DNA of 64,000 bases from Azolla caroliniana (Eukaryota > Plantae > Polypodiophyta): positions 1 to 64,000 of the forward strand of contig JBHGNT010000043.1 of assembly GCA_043228905.1 (NCBI GenBank). The letters are read 5' to 3'. Every line of letters begins with the position of its first letter. The stretch's first letter is position 1. Position numbers and translations under genes: made by a program. Below are positions 25,862 to 39,342 of the stretch, one piece after another. The notes beneath the pieces were generated by a model. It was not told the origin of the DNA. It saw nothing but the letters and a program-made list of their open reading frames with translations, and did no database searches.

Positions 25862-28800
25862 AAATTTGGTAATTTCGTCATGTCTCTCGACCTGAGTTTC
25901 AAAATCTTGATTTTTTAATTCCATATCATAGGTAGCGTTGTTAGTTTCGATTCGCATGTTTGAACACAAAAATCAGATATCACACGAGCCACATATGAAC
26001 ATTTTAATTTACTCACGCGCTCTTCTCAACTCCCTCCTCAAATTTGGTAATTTCGTCATGTCTCTCGACCTGAGTTTCAAAATCTTGATTTTCTAAATCC
26101 ATATCATAGCTAGCGTTGTTAGCTTCGATTCAGAGGTTTGAACACTAAAATCCGATATCACACGAGCCACATATGAATATTTTAATTTACTCACGCGCTC
26201 TTCTCAACTCCCTCCTCAAATTTGCTAATTTCGTCATGTCTCTCGACCTGAGTTTCAAAATCTTGATTTTTTAATTCGATATCATAGCTAGCGTTGTTAG
26301 CTTCGATTTGCTTGTTTGAACGCAGAAATCCGATATCACACGAGCCAGGTATCAACATTTTAATTTAGCTACTAGCTCTTCTCAACCACCTCCTCAAATT
26401 TGGTAATTTCGTCATGTCTCTCGACCTGAGTTTCAAAATCTTGATTTTTTAATTCGATATCATAGCTAGCGTTGTTAGCTTCGATTTGCTTGTTTGAACA
26501 CAGAAATCCAATATCACACGAGCCAGGTATCAACATTTTAATTTAACTACTAGCTCTTCTCAACCACCTCCTCAAATTTGGTAATTTCGTCATGTCTCTC
26601 GACCTGAGTTTCAAAATCTTGATTTTTTAAATCCATATCATAGCTAGCGTAGTTAGCATCGATTCGGAGGTTTGAACACTAAAATCCGATATCACACGAG
26701 CCACATATGAACATTTTAATTTACTCACGCGCTCTTCTCAACCACCTCCTCAAATTTGGTAATTTCGTCATGTCTCTCGACCTGAGTTTCAAAATCTTGA
26801 TTTTTTAATTCCATATCATAGGTAGCGTTGTTAGCTTCGATTTGCATGTTTGAACACAAAAATCCGATATCACACGAGCCACGTATGAACATTTTAATTT
26901 ACTCACGCGCTCTTCTCAACTCCCTCCTCAAATTTGGTAATTTCGTCATGTCTCTCTACTTGAGTTTCAAAATCTTGATTTTTTAATTCCATATCATAGC
27001 TAGCGTTGTTAGCTTCGATTCGCATGTTTGAACACAAAAATCCGATATCACACGAGCCAGGTATCAACATTTTAATTTAGCTACTAGCTCTTCTCAACAA
27101 CCTCCTCAAATTTGGTAATTTCGTCATGTCTCTCGACCTGAGTTTCAAAATCTTGATTTTTTAATTCCATATCATAGCTAGCGTTGTTAGTTTCGATTTG
27201 CATATTTGAACACAAAAATCCGATATCACACGAGCCACGTATGAACATTTTAATTTAGCTACTAGCTCTACTGAACTCCCTCCTCAAATTTGGTAATTTC
27301 GTCATGTCTCTCGACCTGAGTTTCAAAATCTTGATTTTTTAATTCTATATCATAGCTAGCGTTGTTAGCTTCGATTCGCATGTTTGAACACAAAAATCCG
27401 ATATCACACGAGCCAGGTATCAACATTTTAATTTAGCTACTAGCTCTTCTCAACAACCTCCTCAAATTTAGTAATTTCGTCATGTCTCTCGACCTGAGTT
27501 TCAAAATCTTGATTTTTTAATTCCATATCATAGCTAGCGTTGTTAGTTTCGATTTGCATGTTTGAACACAAAAATCCGATATCACACGAGCCACGTATGA
27601 ACATTTTAATTTACTCACGCGCTCTTCTCAACTCCCTCCTCAAATTTGCTAATTTCGTCATGTCTCTCGACCTGAGTTTCAAAATCTTGATTTTTTAATT
27701 CCATATCATAGGTAGCGTTGTTAGTTTCGATTCGCATGTTTGAACACAAAAATCAGATATCACACGAGCCACATATGAACATTTTAATTTACTCACGCGC
27801 TCTTCTCAACTCCCTCCTCAAATTTGCTAATTTCGTCATGTCTCTCGACCTGAGTTTCAAAATCTTGATTTTTTAATTCTATATCGTAGCTAGCGTTGTT
27901 AGTTTCGATTCGCATGTTTGAACACAAAAATCAGATATCACACGAGCCACATATGAACATTTTAATTTAGCTACTAGCTCTTCTCAACCACCTCCTCAAA
28001 TTTGGTAATTTCGTCATGTCTCTCGACCTGAGTTTCAAAATCTTGATTTTTTAAATCCATATCATAGCTAGCGTTGTTAGCTTCGATTCGGAGGTTTGAA
28101 CACTAAAATCCGATATCACACGAGCCACATATGAACATTTTAATTTACTCACGCGCTCTTCTCAACCACCTCCTCAAATTTGGTAATTTCGTCATGTCTC
28201 TCGACCTGAGTTTCAAAATCTTGATTTTTTAAATCCATATCATAGCTAGCGTTGTTAACTTCGATTCGGAGGTTTGAACACTAAAATTCGATATGACACG
28301 AGCCACATATGAACATTTTAATTTACTCACGCGCTGTTCTCAACCACCTCCTCAAATTTGGTAATTTCGTCATGTCTCTGGACCTGAGTTTCAAAATCTT
28401 GATTTTTTAAATCCATATCATAGCTAGCGTTGTTAGCTTGGATTCGGAGGTTTGAACACTAAAATCCGATATCACACGAGCCACATATGAACATTTTAAT
28501 TTACTCACGCGCTCTTCTCAACCACCTCCTCAAATTTGGTAATTTCGTCATGTCTCCTGACCTGAGTTTCAAAATCTTGATTTTTTAATTCCATATCATA
28601 GGTAGCGTTGTTAGTTTCGATTCGCATGTTTGAACACAAAAATCCGATATCACACGAGCCAGGTATCAACATTTTAATTTAGCTACTAGCTCTTCTCAAC
28701 CACCTCCTCAAATTTGGTAATTTCGTCATGTCTCTCGACCTGAGTTTCAAAATCTTGATTTTTTAATTCCATATCATAGCTAGCGTTGTTAGTTTCGATT

Positions 28801-30800
28801 CGCATGTTTGAACACAAAAATCCGATATCACACGAGCCACGTATGAACATTTTAATTTACTCACGCGCTCTTCTCAACTCCCTCCTCAAATTTTCTAATT
28901 TCGTCATGTCTCTCTACCTGAGTTTCAAAATTTTGATTTTTTAATTCGATATCATAGCTAGCGTTGTTAGTTTCGATTTGCATGTTTGAACACAGAAATC
29001 CAATATCACACGAGCCAGGTATCAACATTTTAATTTAACTACTAGCTCTTCTCAACCACCTCCTCAAATTTGGTAATTTCGTCATGTCTCTCGACCTGAG
29101 TTTCAAAATCTTGATTTTTTAAATCCATATCATAGCTAGCGTAGTTAGCATCGATTCGGAGGTTTGAACACTAAAATCCGATATCACACGAGCCACATAT
29201 GAACATTTTAATTTACTCACGCGCTCTTCTCAACCACCTCCTCAAATTTGGTAATTTCGTCATGTCTCTCGACCTGAGTTTCAAAATCTTGATTTTTTAA
29301 ATCCATATCATAGCTAGCGTTGTTAACTTCGATTCGGAGGTTTGAACACTAAAATTCGATATGACACGAGCCACATATGAACATTTTAATTTACTCACGC
29401 GCTGTTCTCAACCACCTCCTCAAATTTGGTAATTTCGTCATGTCTCTGGACCTGAGTTTCAAAATCTTGATTTTTTAAATCCATATCATAGCTAGCGTTG
29501 TTAGCTTGGATTCGGAGGTTTGAACACTAAAATCCGATATCACACGAGCCACATATGAACATTTTAATTTACTCACGCGCTCTTCTCAACCACCTCCTCA
29601 AATTTGGTAATTTCGTCATGTCTCCTGACCTGAGTTTCAAAATCTTGATTTTTTAATTCCATATCATAGGTAGCGTTGTTAGTTTCGATTCGCATGTTTG
29701 AACACAAAAATCCGATATCACACGAGCCAGGTATCAACATTTTAATTTAGCTACTAGCTCTTCTCAACCACCTCCTCAAATTTGGTAATTTCGTCATGTC
29801 TCTCGACCTGAGTTTCAAAATCTTGATTTTTTAATTCCATATCATAGGTAGCGTTGTTAGTTTCGATTCGCATGTTTGAACACAAATATCAGATATCACA
29901 CGAGCCACATATGAACATTTTAATTTACTCACGCGCTCTTCTCAACTCCCTCCTCAAATTTGGTAATTTCGTCATGTCTCTCGACCTGAGTTTCAAAATC
30001 TTGATTTTCTAAATCCATATCATAGCTAGCGTTGTTAGCTTCGATTCGGACGTTTGAACACTAAAATCCGACATCACACGAGCCACATATGAATATTTTA
30101 ATTTACTCACGCGCTCTTCTCAACTTCCTCCTCAAATTTGGTAATTTCGTCATGTCTCTCGACCTGAGTTTCAAAATCTTGATTTTTTAATTCGATATCA
30201 TAGCTAGCGTTGTTAGCTTCGATTTGCTTGTTTGAACACAGAAATCCGATATCACACGAGCCAGGTATCAACATTTTAATTTAGCTACTAGCTCTTCTCA
30301 ACCACCTCCTCAAATTTGGTAATTTCGTCATGTCTCTCGGCCTGAGTTTCAAAATCTTGATTTTTTAAATCCATATCATAGCTAGCGCACGAGCCACATA
30401 TGAACATTTTAATTTACTCACGCGCTCTTCTCAACCACCTCCTCAAATTTGGTAATTTCGTCATGTCTCTCGACCTGAGTTTCAAAATCTTGATTTTTTA
30501 ATTCCATATCATAGGTAGCGTTGTTAGTTTCGATTCGCATGTTTGAACACAAAAATCCGATATCACACGAGCCAGGTATCAACATTTTAATTTAGCTACT
30601 AGCTCTTCTCAACCACCTCCTCAAATTTGGTAATTTCGTCATGTCTCTCGACCTGAGTTTCAAAATCTTGATTTTTTAATTCCATATCATAGGTAGCGTT
30701 GTTAGTTTCGATTCGCATGTTTGAACACAAAAATCAGATATCACACGAGCCACATATGAACATTTTAATTTACTCACGCGCTCTTCTCAACTCCCTCCTC

Positions 30801-32580
30801 AAATTTGGTAATTTCGTCATGTCTCTCGACCTGAGTTTCAAAATCTTGATTTTCTAAATCCATATCATAGCTAGCGTTGTTAGCTTCGATTCAGAGGTTT
30901 GAACACTAAAATCCGACATCACACGAGCCACATATGAATATTTTAATTTACTCACGCGCTCTTCTCAACTCCCTCCTCAAATTTGCTAATTTCGTCATGT
31001 CTCTCGACCTGAGTTTCAAAATCTTGATTTTTTAATTCGATATCATAGCTAGCGTTGTTAGCTTCGATTTGCTTGTTTGAACACAGAAATCCCATATCAC
31101 ACGAGCCACGTATCAACATTTTAATTTAGCTACTAGCTCTTCTCAACCACCTCCTCAAATTTGGTAATTTCGTCATGTCTCTCGACCTGAGTTTCAAAAT
31201 CTTGATTTTTTAAATCCATATCATAGCTAGCGTAGTTAGCTTCGATTCGGAGGTTTGAACACTAAAATCCGATATCACACGAGCCACATATGAACATTTT
31301 AATTTACTCACGCGCTCTTCTCAACCACCTCCTCAAATTTGGTAATTTCGTCATGTCTCTCGACCTGAGTTTCAAAATCTTGATTTTTTAATTCCATATC
31401 ATAGGTAGCGTTGTTAGTTTCGATTCGCATGTTTGAACACAAAAATCCGATATCACACGAGCCACGTATGAACATTTTAATTTAGCTACTAGCTCTTCTC
31501 AACCACCTCCTCAAATTTGGTAATTTCTTCATGTCTCTCGACCTGAGTTTCAAAATCTTGATTTTTTTATTCTATATCATAGGTAGCGTTGTTAGTTTCG
31601 ATTCGCATGTTTGAACACAAAAATCAGATATCACACGAGCCACATATGAACATTTTAATTTACTCACGCGCTCTTCTCAACTCCCTCCTCAAATTTGGTA
31701 ATTTCGTCATGTCTCTCGACCTGAGTTTCAAAATCTTGATTTTCTAAATCCATATCATAGCTAGCGTTGTTAGCTTCGATTCAGAGGTTTGAACACTAAA
31801 ATCCGATATCACACGAGCCACATATGAATATTTTAATTTACTCACGCGCTCTTCTCAACTCCCTCCTCAAATTTGCTAATTTCGTCATGTCTCTCGACCT
31901 GAGTTTCAAAATCTTGATTTTTTAATTCGATATCATAGCTAGCGTTGTTAGCTTCGATTTGCTTGTTTGAACACAGAAATCCGATATCATACGAGCCAGG
32001 TATCAACATTTTAATTTAGCTACTAGCTCTTCTCAACCACCTCCTCAAATTTGGTAATTTCGTCATGTCTCTCGACCTGAGTTTCAAAATCTTGATTTTT
32101 TAAATCCATATCATAGCTAGCGTTGTTAGCTTCGATTCGGAGGTTTGAACACTAAAATCCGATATCACACGAGCCACATATGAACATTTTAATTTACTCA
32201 CGCGCTCTTCTCAACCACCTCCTCAAATTTGGTAATTTCGTCATGTCTCTCGACCTGAGTTTCAAAATCTTGATTTTTTAATTCCATATCATAGGTAGCG
32301 TTGTTAGTTTCGATTCGCATGTTTGAACACAAAAATCCGATATCACACGAGCCACGTATGAACATTTTAATTTAGCTACTAGCTCTTCTCAACCACCTCC
32401 TCAGATTTGGTAATTTCTTCATGTCTCTCGACCTGAGTTTCAAAATCTTGATTTTTTTATTCTATATCATAGCTAGCGTTGTTAGCTTCGATTTGCATGT
32501 TTGAACACAAAAATCCGATATCACACGAGCCACGTATGAACATTTTAATTTACTCACGCGCTCTTCTCAACCACCTCCTC
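30801..32580. repeat. 5-monomer HOR (890 bp), two copies
   Basis: The tcagaggttt marker is at 30891 and 31781 (offset 890 = 5x178), and the order of monomer types is the same in both copies. Confidence 0.8.
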
Positions 32581-34004
32581 AAATTTGCTAATTTCGTCAT
32601 GTCTCTCGACCTGAGTTTCAAAATCTTGATTTTTTAATTCGATATCATAGCTAGCGTTGTTAGCTTCGATTTGCTTGTTTGAACACAGAAATCCGATATC
32701 ACACGAGCCAGGTATCAACATTTTAATTTAGCTACTAGCTCTTCTCAACCACCTCCTCAAATTTGGTAATTTCGTCATGTCTCTCGACCTGAGTTTCAAA
32801 ATCTTGATTTTTTAAATCCATATCATAGCTAGCGTTGTTAGCTTCGATTCGGAGGTTTGAACACTAAAATCCGATATCACACGAGCCACATATGAACATT
32901 TTAATTTACTCACGCGCTCTTCTCAACCACCTCCTCAAATTTGGTAATTTCGTCATGTCTCTCGACCTGAGTTTCAAAATCTTGATTTTTTAATTCCATA
33001 TCATAGGTAGCGTTGTTAGTTTCGATTCGCATGTTTGAACACAAAAATCCGATATCACACGAGCCACGTATGAACATTTTAATTTAGCTACTAGCTCTTC
33101 TCAACCACCTCCTCAAATTTGGTAATTTCTTCATGTCTCTCGACCTGAGTTTCAAAATCTTGATTTTTTTATTCTATATCATAGCTAGCGTTGTTAGCTT
33201 CCATTTGCATGTTTGAACACAAAAATCCGATATCACACGAGCCACGTATGAACATTTTAATTTACTCACGCGCTCTTCTCAACTCCCTCCTCAAATTTGG
33301 TAATTTCGTCATGTCTCTCTACTTGAGTTTCAAAATCTTGATTTTTTAATTCCATATCATAGCTAGCGTTGTTAGCTTCGATTCGCATGTTTGAACACAA
33401 AAATCCGATATCACACGAGCCAGGTATCAACATTTTAATTTAGCTACTAGCTCTTCTCAACAACCTCCTCAAATTTGGTAATTTCGTCATGTCTCTCGAC
33501 CTGAGTTTCAAAATCTTGATTTTTTAATTCCATATCATAGCTAGCGTTGTTAGTTTCGATTTGCATGTTTGAACACAAAAATCCGATATCACACGAGCCA
33601 CGTATGAACATTTTAATTTAGCTACTAGCTCTTCTGAACTCCCTCCTCAAATTTGGTAATTTCGTCATGTCTCTCGACCTGAGTTTCAAAATTTTGATTT
33701 TTTAATTCTATATCATAGCTAGCGTTGTTAGCTTCGATTCGCATGTTTGAACACAAAAATCCGATATCACACGAGCCACGTATGAACATTTTAATTTACT
33801 CACGCGCTCTTCTCAACTCCCTCCTCAAATTTGCTAATTTCGTCATGTCTCTCGACCTGAGTTTCAAAATCTTGATTTTTTAATTCCATATCATAGGTAG
33901 CATTGTCAGTTTCGATTCGGATGTTTGAACACGAAAATCCGATATCACACGAGCCACGTATGAACATTTTAATTTAGCTACTAGCTCTTCTCAACCACCT
34001 CCTC

Positions 34005-37000
34005 AAATTTGGTAATTTCGTCATGTCTCTCGACCTGAGTTTCAAAATCTTGATTTTTTTATTCTATATCATAGCTAGCGTTGTTAGCTTCGATTTGCAT
34101 GTTTGAACACAAAAATCCGATATCACACGAGCCACGTATGAACATTTTAATTTACTCACGCGCTCTTCTCAACTCCCTCCTCAAATTTGGTAATTTCGTC
34201 ATGTCTCTCTACTTGAGTTTCAAAATCTTGATTTTTTAATTCCATATCATAGCTAGCGTTGTTAGCTTCGATTCGCATGTTTGAACACAAAAATCCGATA
34301 TCACACGAGCCAGGTATCAACATTTTAATTTAGCTACTAGCTCTTCTCAACCACCTCCTCAAATTTGGTAATTTCGTCATGTCTCTCGACCTGAGTTTCA
34401 AAATCTTGATTTTTTAATTCCATATCATAGGTAGCGTTGTCAGGTTCGATTCGGATGTTTGAACACGAAAATCCGATATCACACGAGCCACGTATGAACA
34501 TTTTAATTTAGCTACTAGCTCTTCTCAACCACCTCCTCAAATTTGGTAATTTCGTCATGTCTCTCGACCTGAGTTTCAAAATCTTGATTTTTTAATTGTA
34601 TATCATAGCTAGCGTTGTTAGTTTCGATTCGCATGTTTGAACACAAAAATCCGATATCACACGAGCCACGTATGAACATTTTAATTTACTCACGCGCTCT
34701 TCTCAACTCCCTCCTCAAATTTTCTAATTTCGTCATGTCTCTCTACCTGAGTTTCAAAATTTTGATTTTTTAATTCGATATCATAGCTAGCGTTGTTAGT
34801 TTCGATTTGCATGTTTGAACACAAAAATCCGATATCACACGAGCCACGTATGAAAATTTTAATTTACTCACGCGCTCTTCTCAACTCCCTCCTCAAATTT
34901 GCTAATTTCGTCATGTCTCTCGACCTGAGTTTCAAAATCTTGATTTTTTAATTCCATATCATAGGTAGCGTTGTCAGTTTCGATTCGGATGTTTGAACAC
35001 GAAAATCCGATATCACACGAGCCACGTATGAACATTTTAATTTAGCTACTAGCTCTTCTCAACCACCTCCTCAAATTTGGTAATTTCGTCATGTCTCTCG
35101 ACCTGAGTTTCAAAATCTTGATTTTTTAAATCCATATCATAGCTAGCGTTGTTAGCTTCGATTCGGAGGTTTGAACACTAAAATCCGATATCACACGAGC
35201 CACATATGAACATTTTAATTTACTCACGCGCTCTTCTCAACCACCTCCTCAAATTTGGTAATTTCGTCATGTCTCTCGACCTGAGTTTCAAAATCTTGAT
35301 TTTTTAATTTCATATCATAGGTAGCGTTGTTAGTTTCGATTCGCATGTTTGAACACAAAAATCCGATATCACACGAGCCAGGTATCAACATTTTAATTTA
35401 GCTACTAGCTCTTCTCAACCACCTCCTCAAATTTGGTAATTTCGTCATGTCTCTCGACCTGAGTTTCAAAATCTTGATTTTTTAATTCCATATCATAGGT
35501 AGCGTTGTCAGGTTCGATTCGGATGTTTGAACACGAAAATCCGATATCACACGAGCCACGTATGAACATTTTAATTTAGCTACTAGCTCTTCTCAACCAC
35601 CTCCTCAAATTTGGTAATTTCGTCATGTCTCTCGACCTGAGTTTCAAAATCTTGATTTTTTAAATCCATATCATAGCTAGCGTTGTTAGCTTCGATTCGG
35701 AGGTTTGAACACTAAAATCCGATATCACACGAGCCACATATGAACATTTTAATTTACTCACGCGCTCTTCTCAACCACCTCCTCAAATTTGGTAATTTCG
35801 TCATGTCTCTCGACCTGAGTTTCAAAATCTTTATTTTTTAATTCCATATCATAGGTAGCGTTGTTAGTTTCGATTCGCATGTTTGAACACAAATATCCGA
35901 TATCACAGGAGCGAGGTATCAACATTTTAATTTAGCTACTAGCTCTTCTCAACCACCTCCTCAAATTTGGTAATTTCGTCATGTCTCTCGACCTGAGTTT
36001 CAAAATCTTGATTTTCTAAATACATATCATAGCTAGCGTTGTTAGCTTCGATTCGGAGTTTGAACACTAAAATCCGACATCACTCGAGCCACATATGAAC
36101 ATTTTAATTTACTCACGCGCTCTTCTCAACCACCTCCTCAAATTTGGTAATTTCGTCATGTCTCTCGACCTGAGTTTCAAAATCTTGATTTTTTAATTCC
36201 ATATCATAGCTAGCGTTGTTAGTTTCGATTTGCATGTTTGAACACAAAAATCCGATATCACACGAGCCACGTATGAACATTTTAATTTACTCACGCGCTC
36301 TTCTCAACCACCTCCTCAAATTTGCTAATTTCGTCATGTATCTCTACCTGAGTTTCAAAATCTTGATTTTTTAATTCCATATCATAGCTAGCGTTGTTAG
36401 TTTCGATTTGCATGTTTGAACACAAAAATCCGATATCACACGAGCCACATATGAATATTTTAATTTACTCACGCGCTCTTCTCAACTCCCTCCTCAAATT
36501 TGCTAATTTCGTCATGTCTCTCGACCTGAGCTTCAAAATCTTGATTTTTTAATTCTATATCATAGCTAGCTTTGTTAGCTTCGATTCGGAGGTTTGAACA
36601 CTAAAATCCGATATCACACGAGCCAGGTATGAACATTTTAATTTAGCTACTAGCTCTTCTCAACCACCTCCTCAAATTTGGTAATTTCGTCATGTCTCTC
36701 GACCTGAGTTTCAAAATCTTGATTTTTTTATTCTATATCATAGCTAGCGTTGTTAGCTTCGATTTGCATGTTTGAACACAAAAATCCGATATCACACGAG
36801 CCACGTATGAACATTTTAATTTACTCACGCGCTCTTCTCAACTCCCTCCTCAAATTTGGTAATTTCGTCATGTCTCTCTACTTGAGTTTCAAAATCTTGA
36901 TTTTTTAATTCCATATCATAGCTAGCGTTGTTAGCTTCGATTCGCATGTTTGAACACAAAAATCCGATATCACACGAGCCAGGTATCAACATTTTAATTT

Positions 37001-39342
37001 AGCTACTAGCTCTTCTCAACTCCCTCCTCAAATTTGGTAATTTCGTCATGTCTCTCGACCTGAGTTTCAAAATCTTGATTTTTTAATTCCATATCATAGG
37101 TAGCGTTGTCAGGTTCGATTCGGATGTTTGAACACGAAAATCCGATATCACACGAGCCACGTATGAACATTTTAATTTAGCTACTAGCTCTTCTCAACCA
37201 CCTCCTCAAATTTGGTAATTTCGTCATGTCTCTCGACCTGAGTTTCAAAATCTTGATTTTTTAATTGTATATCATAGCTAGCGTTGTTAGTTTCGATTCG
37301 CATGTTTGAACACAAAAATCCGATATCACACGAGCCACGTATGAACATTTTAATTTACTCACGCGCTCTTCTCAACTCCCTCCTCAAATTTTCTAATTTC
37401 GTCATGTCTCTCTACCTGAGTTTCAAAATTTTGATTTTTTAATTCGATATCATAGCTAGCGTTGTTAGTTTCGATTTGCATGTTTGAACACAAAAATCCG
37501 ATATCACACGAGCCACGTATGAAAATTTTAATTTACTCACGCGCTCTTCTCAACTCCCTCCTCAAATTTGCTAATTTCGTCATGTCTCTCGACCTGAGTT
37601 TCAAAATCTTGATTTTTTAATTCCATATCATAGGTAGCGTTGTCAGTTTCGATTCGGATGTTTGAACACGAAAATCCGATATCACACGAGCCACGTATGA
37701 ACATTTTAATTTAGCTACTAGCTCTTCTCAACCACCTCCTCAAATTTGGTAATTTCGTCATGTCTCTCGACCTGAGTTTCAAAATCTTGATTTTTTAAAT
37801 CCATATCATAGCTAGCGTTGTTAGCTTCGATTCGGAGGTTTGAACACTAAAATCCGATATCACACGAGCCACATATGAACATTTTAATTTACTCACGCGC
37901 TCTTCTCAACCACCTCCTCAAATTTGGTAATTTCGTCATGTCTCTCGACCTGAGTTTCAAAATCTTGATTTTTTAATTTCATATCATAGGTAGCGTTGTT
38001 AGTTTCGATTCGCATGTTTGAACACAAAAATCCGATATCACACGAGCCAGGTATCAACATTTTAATTTAGCTACTAGCTCTTCTCAACCACCTCCTCAAA
38101 TTTGGTAATTTCGTCATGTCTCTCGACCTGAGTTTCAAAATCTTGATTTTTTAATTCCATATCATAGGTAGCGTTGTCAGGTTCGATTCGGATGTTTGAA
38201 CACGAAAATCCGATATCACACGAGCCACGTATGAACATTTTAATTTAGCTACTAGCTCTTCTCAACCACCTCCTCAAATTTGGTAATTTCGTCATGTCTC
38301 TCGACCTGAGTTTCAAAATCTTGATTTTTTAAATCCATATCATAGCTAGCGTTGTTAGCTTCGATTCGGAGGTTTGAACACTAAAATCCGATATCACACG
38401 AGCCACATATGAACATTTTAATTTACTCACGCGCTCTTCTCAACCACCTCCTCAAATTTGGTAATTTCGTCATGTCTCTCGACCTGAGTTTCAAAATCTT
38501 TATTTTTTAATTCCATATCATAGGTAGCGTTGTTAGTTTCGATTCGCATGTTTGAACACAAATATCCGATATCACAGGAGCGAGGTATCAACATTTTAAT
38601 TTAGCTACTAGCTCTTCTCAACCACCTCCTCAAATTTGGTAATTTCGTCATGTCTCTCGACCTGAGTTTCAAAATCTTGATTTTCTAAATCCATATCATA
38701 GCTAGCGTTGTTAGCTTCGATTCGGAGTTTGAACACTAAAATCCGACATCACTCGAGCCACATATGAACATTTTAATTTACTCACGCGCTCTTCTCAACC
38801 ACCTCCTCAAATTTGGTAATTTCGTCATGTCTCTCGACCTGAGTTTCAAAATCTTGATTTTTTAATTCCATATCATAGCTAGCGTTGTTAGTTTCGATTT
38901 GCATGTTTGAACACAAAAATCCGATATCACACGAGCCACGTATGAACATTTTAATTTACTCACGCGCTCTTCTCAACCACCTCCTCAAATTTGCTAATTT
39001 CGTCATGTATCTCTACCTGAGTTTCAAAATCTTGATTTTTTAATTCCATATCATAGCTAGCGTTGTTAGTTTCGATTTGCATGTTTGAACACAAAAATCC
39101 GATATCACACGAGCCACATATGAATATTTTAATTTACTCACGCGCTCTTCTCAACTCCCTCCTCAAATTTGCTAATTTCGTCATGTCTCTCGACCTGAGC
39201 TTCAAAATCTTGATTTTTTAATTCTATATCATAGCTAGCGTTGTTAGCTTCGATTCGGAGGTTTGAACACTAAAATCCGATATCACACGAGCCAGGTATG
39301 AACATTTTAATTTAGCTACTAGCTCTTCTCAACCACCTCCTC
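34005..39342. repeat. 15-monomer HOR (2669 bp), two tandem copies
   Basis: caggttcgat is at 34441/37110 and tatcacaggagcgagg at 35901/38570. Both offsets are 2669 = 15x178-1, because one monomer has the cggagtttga 1-bp deletion. Confidence 0.88.
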
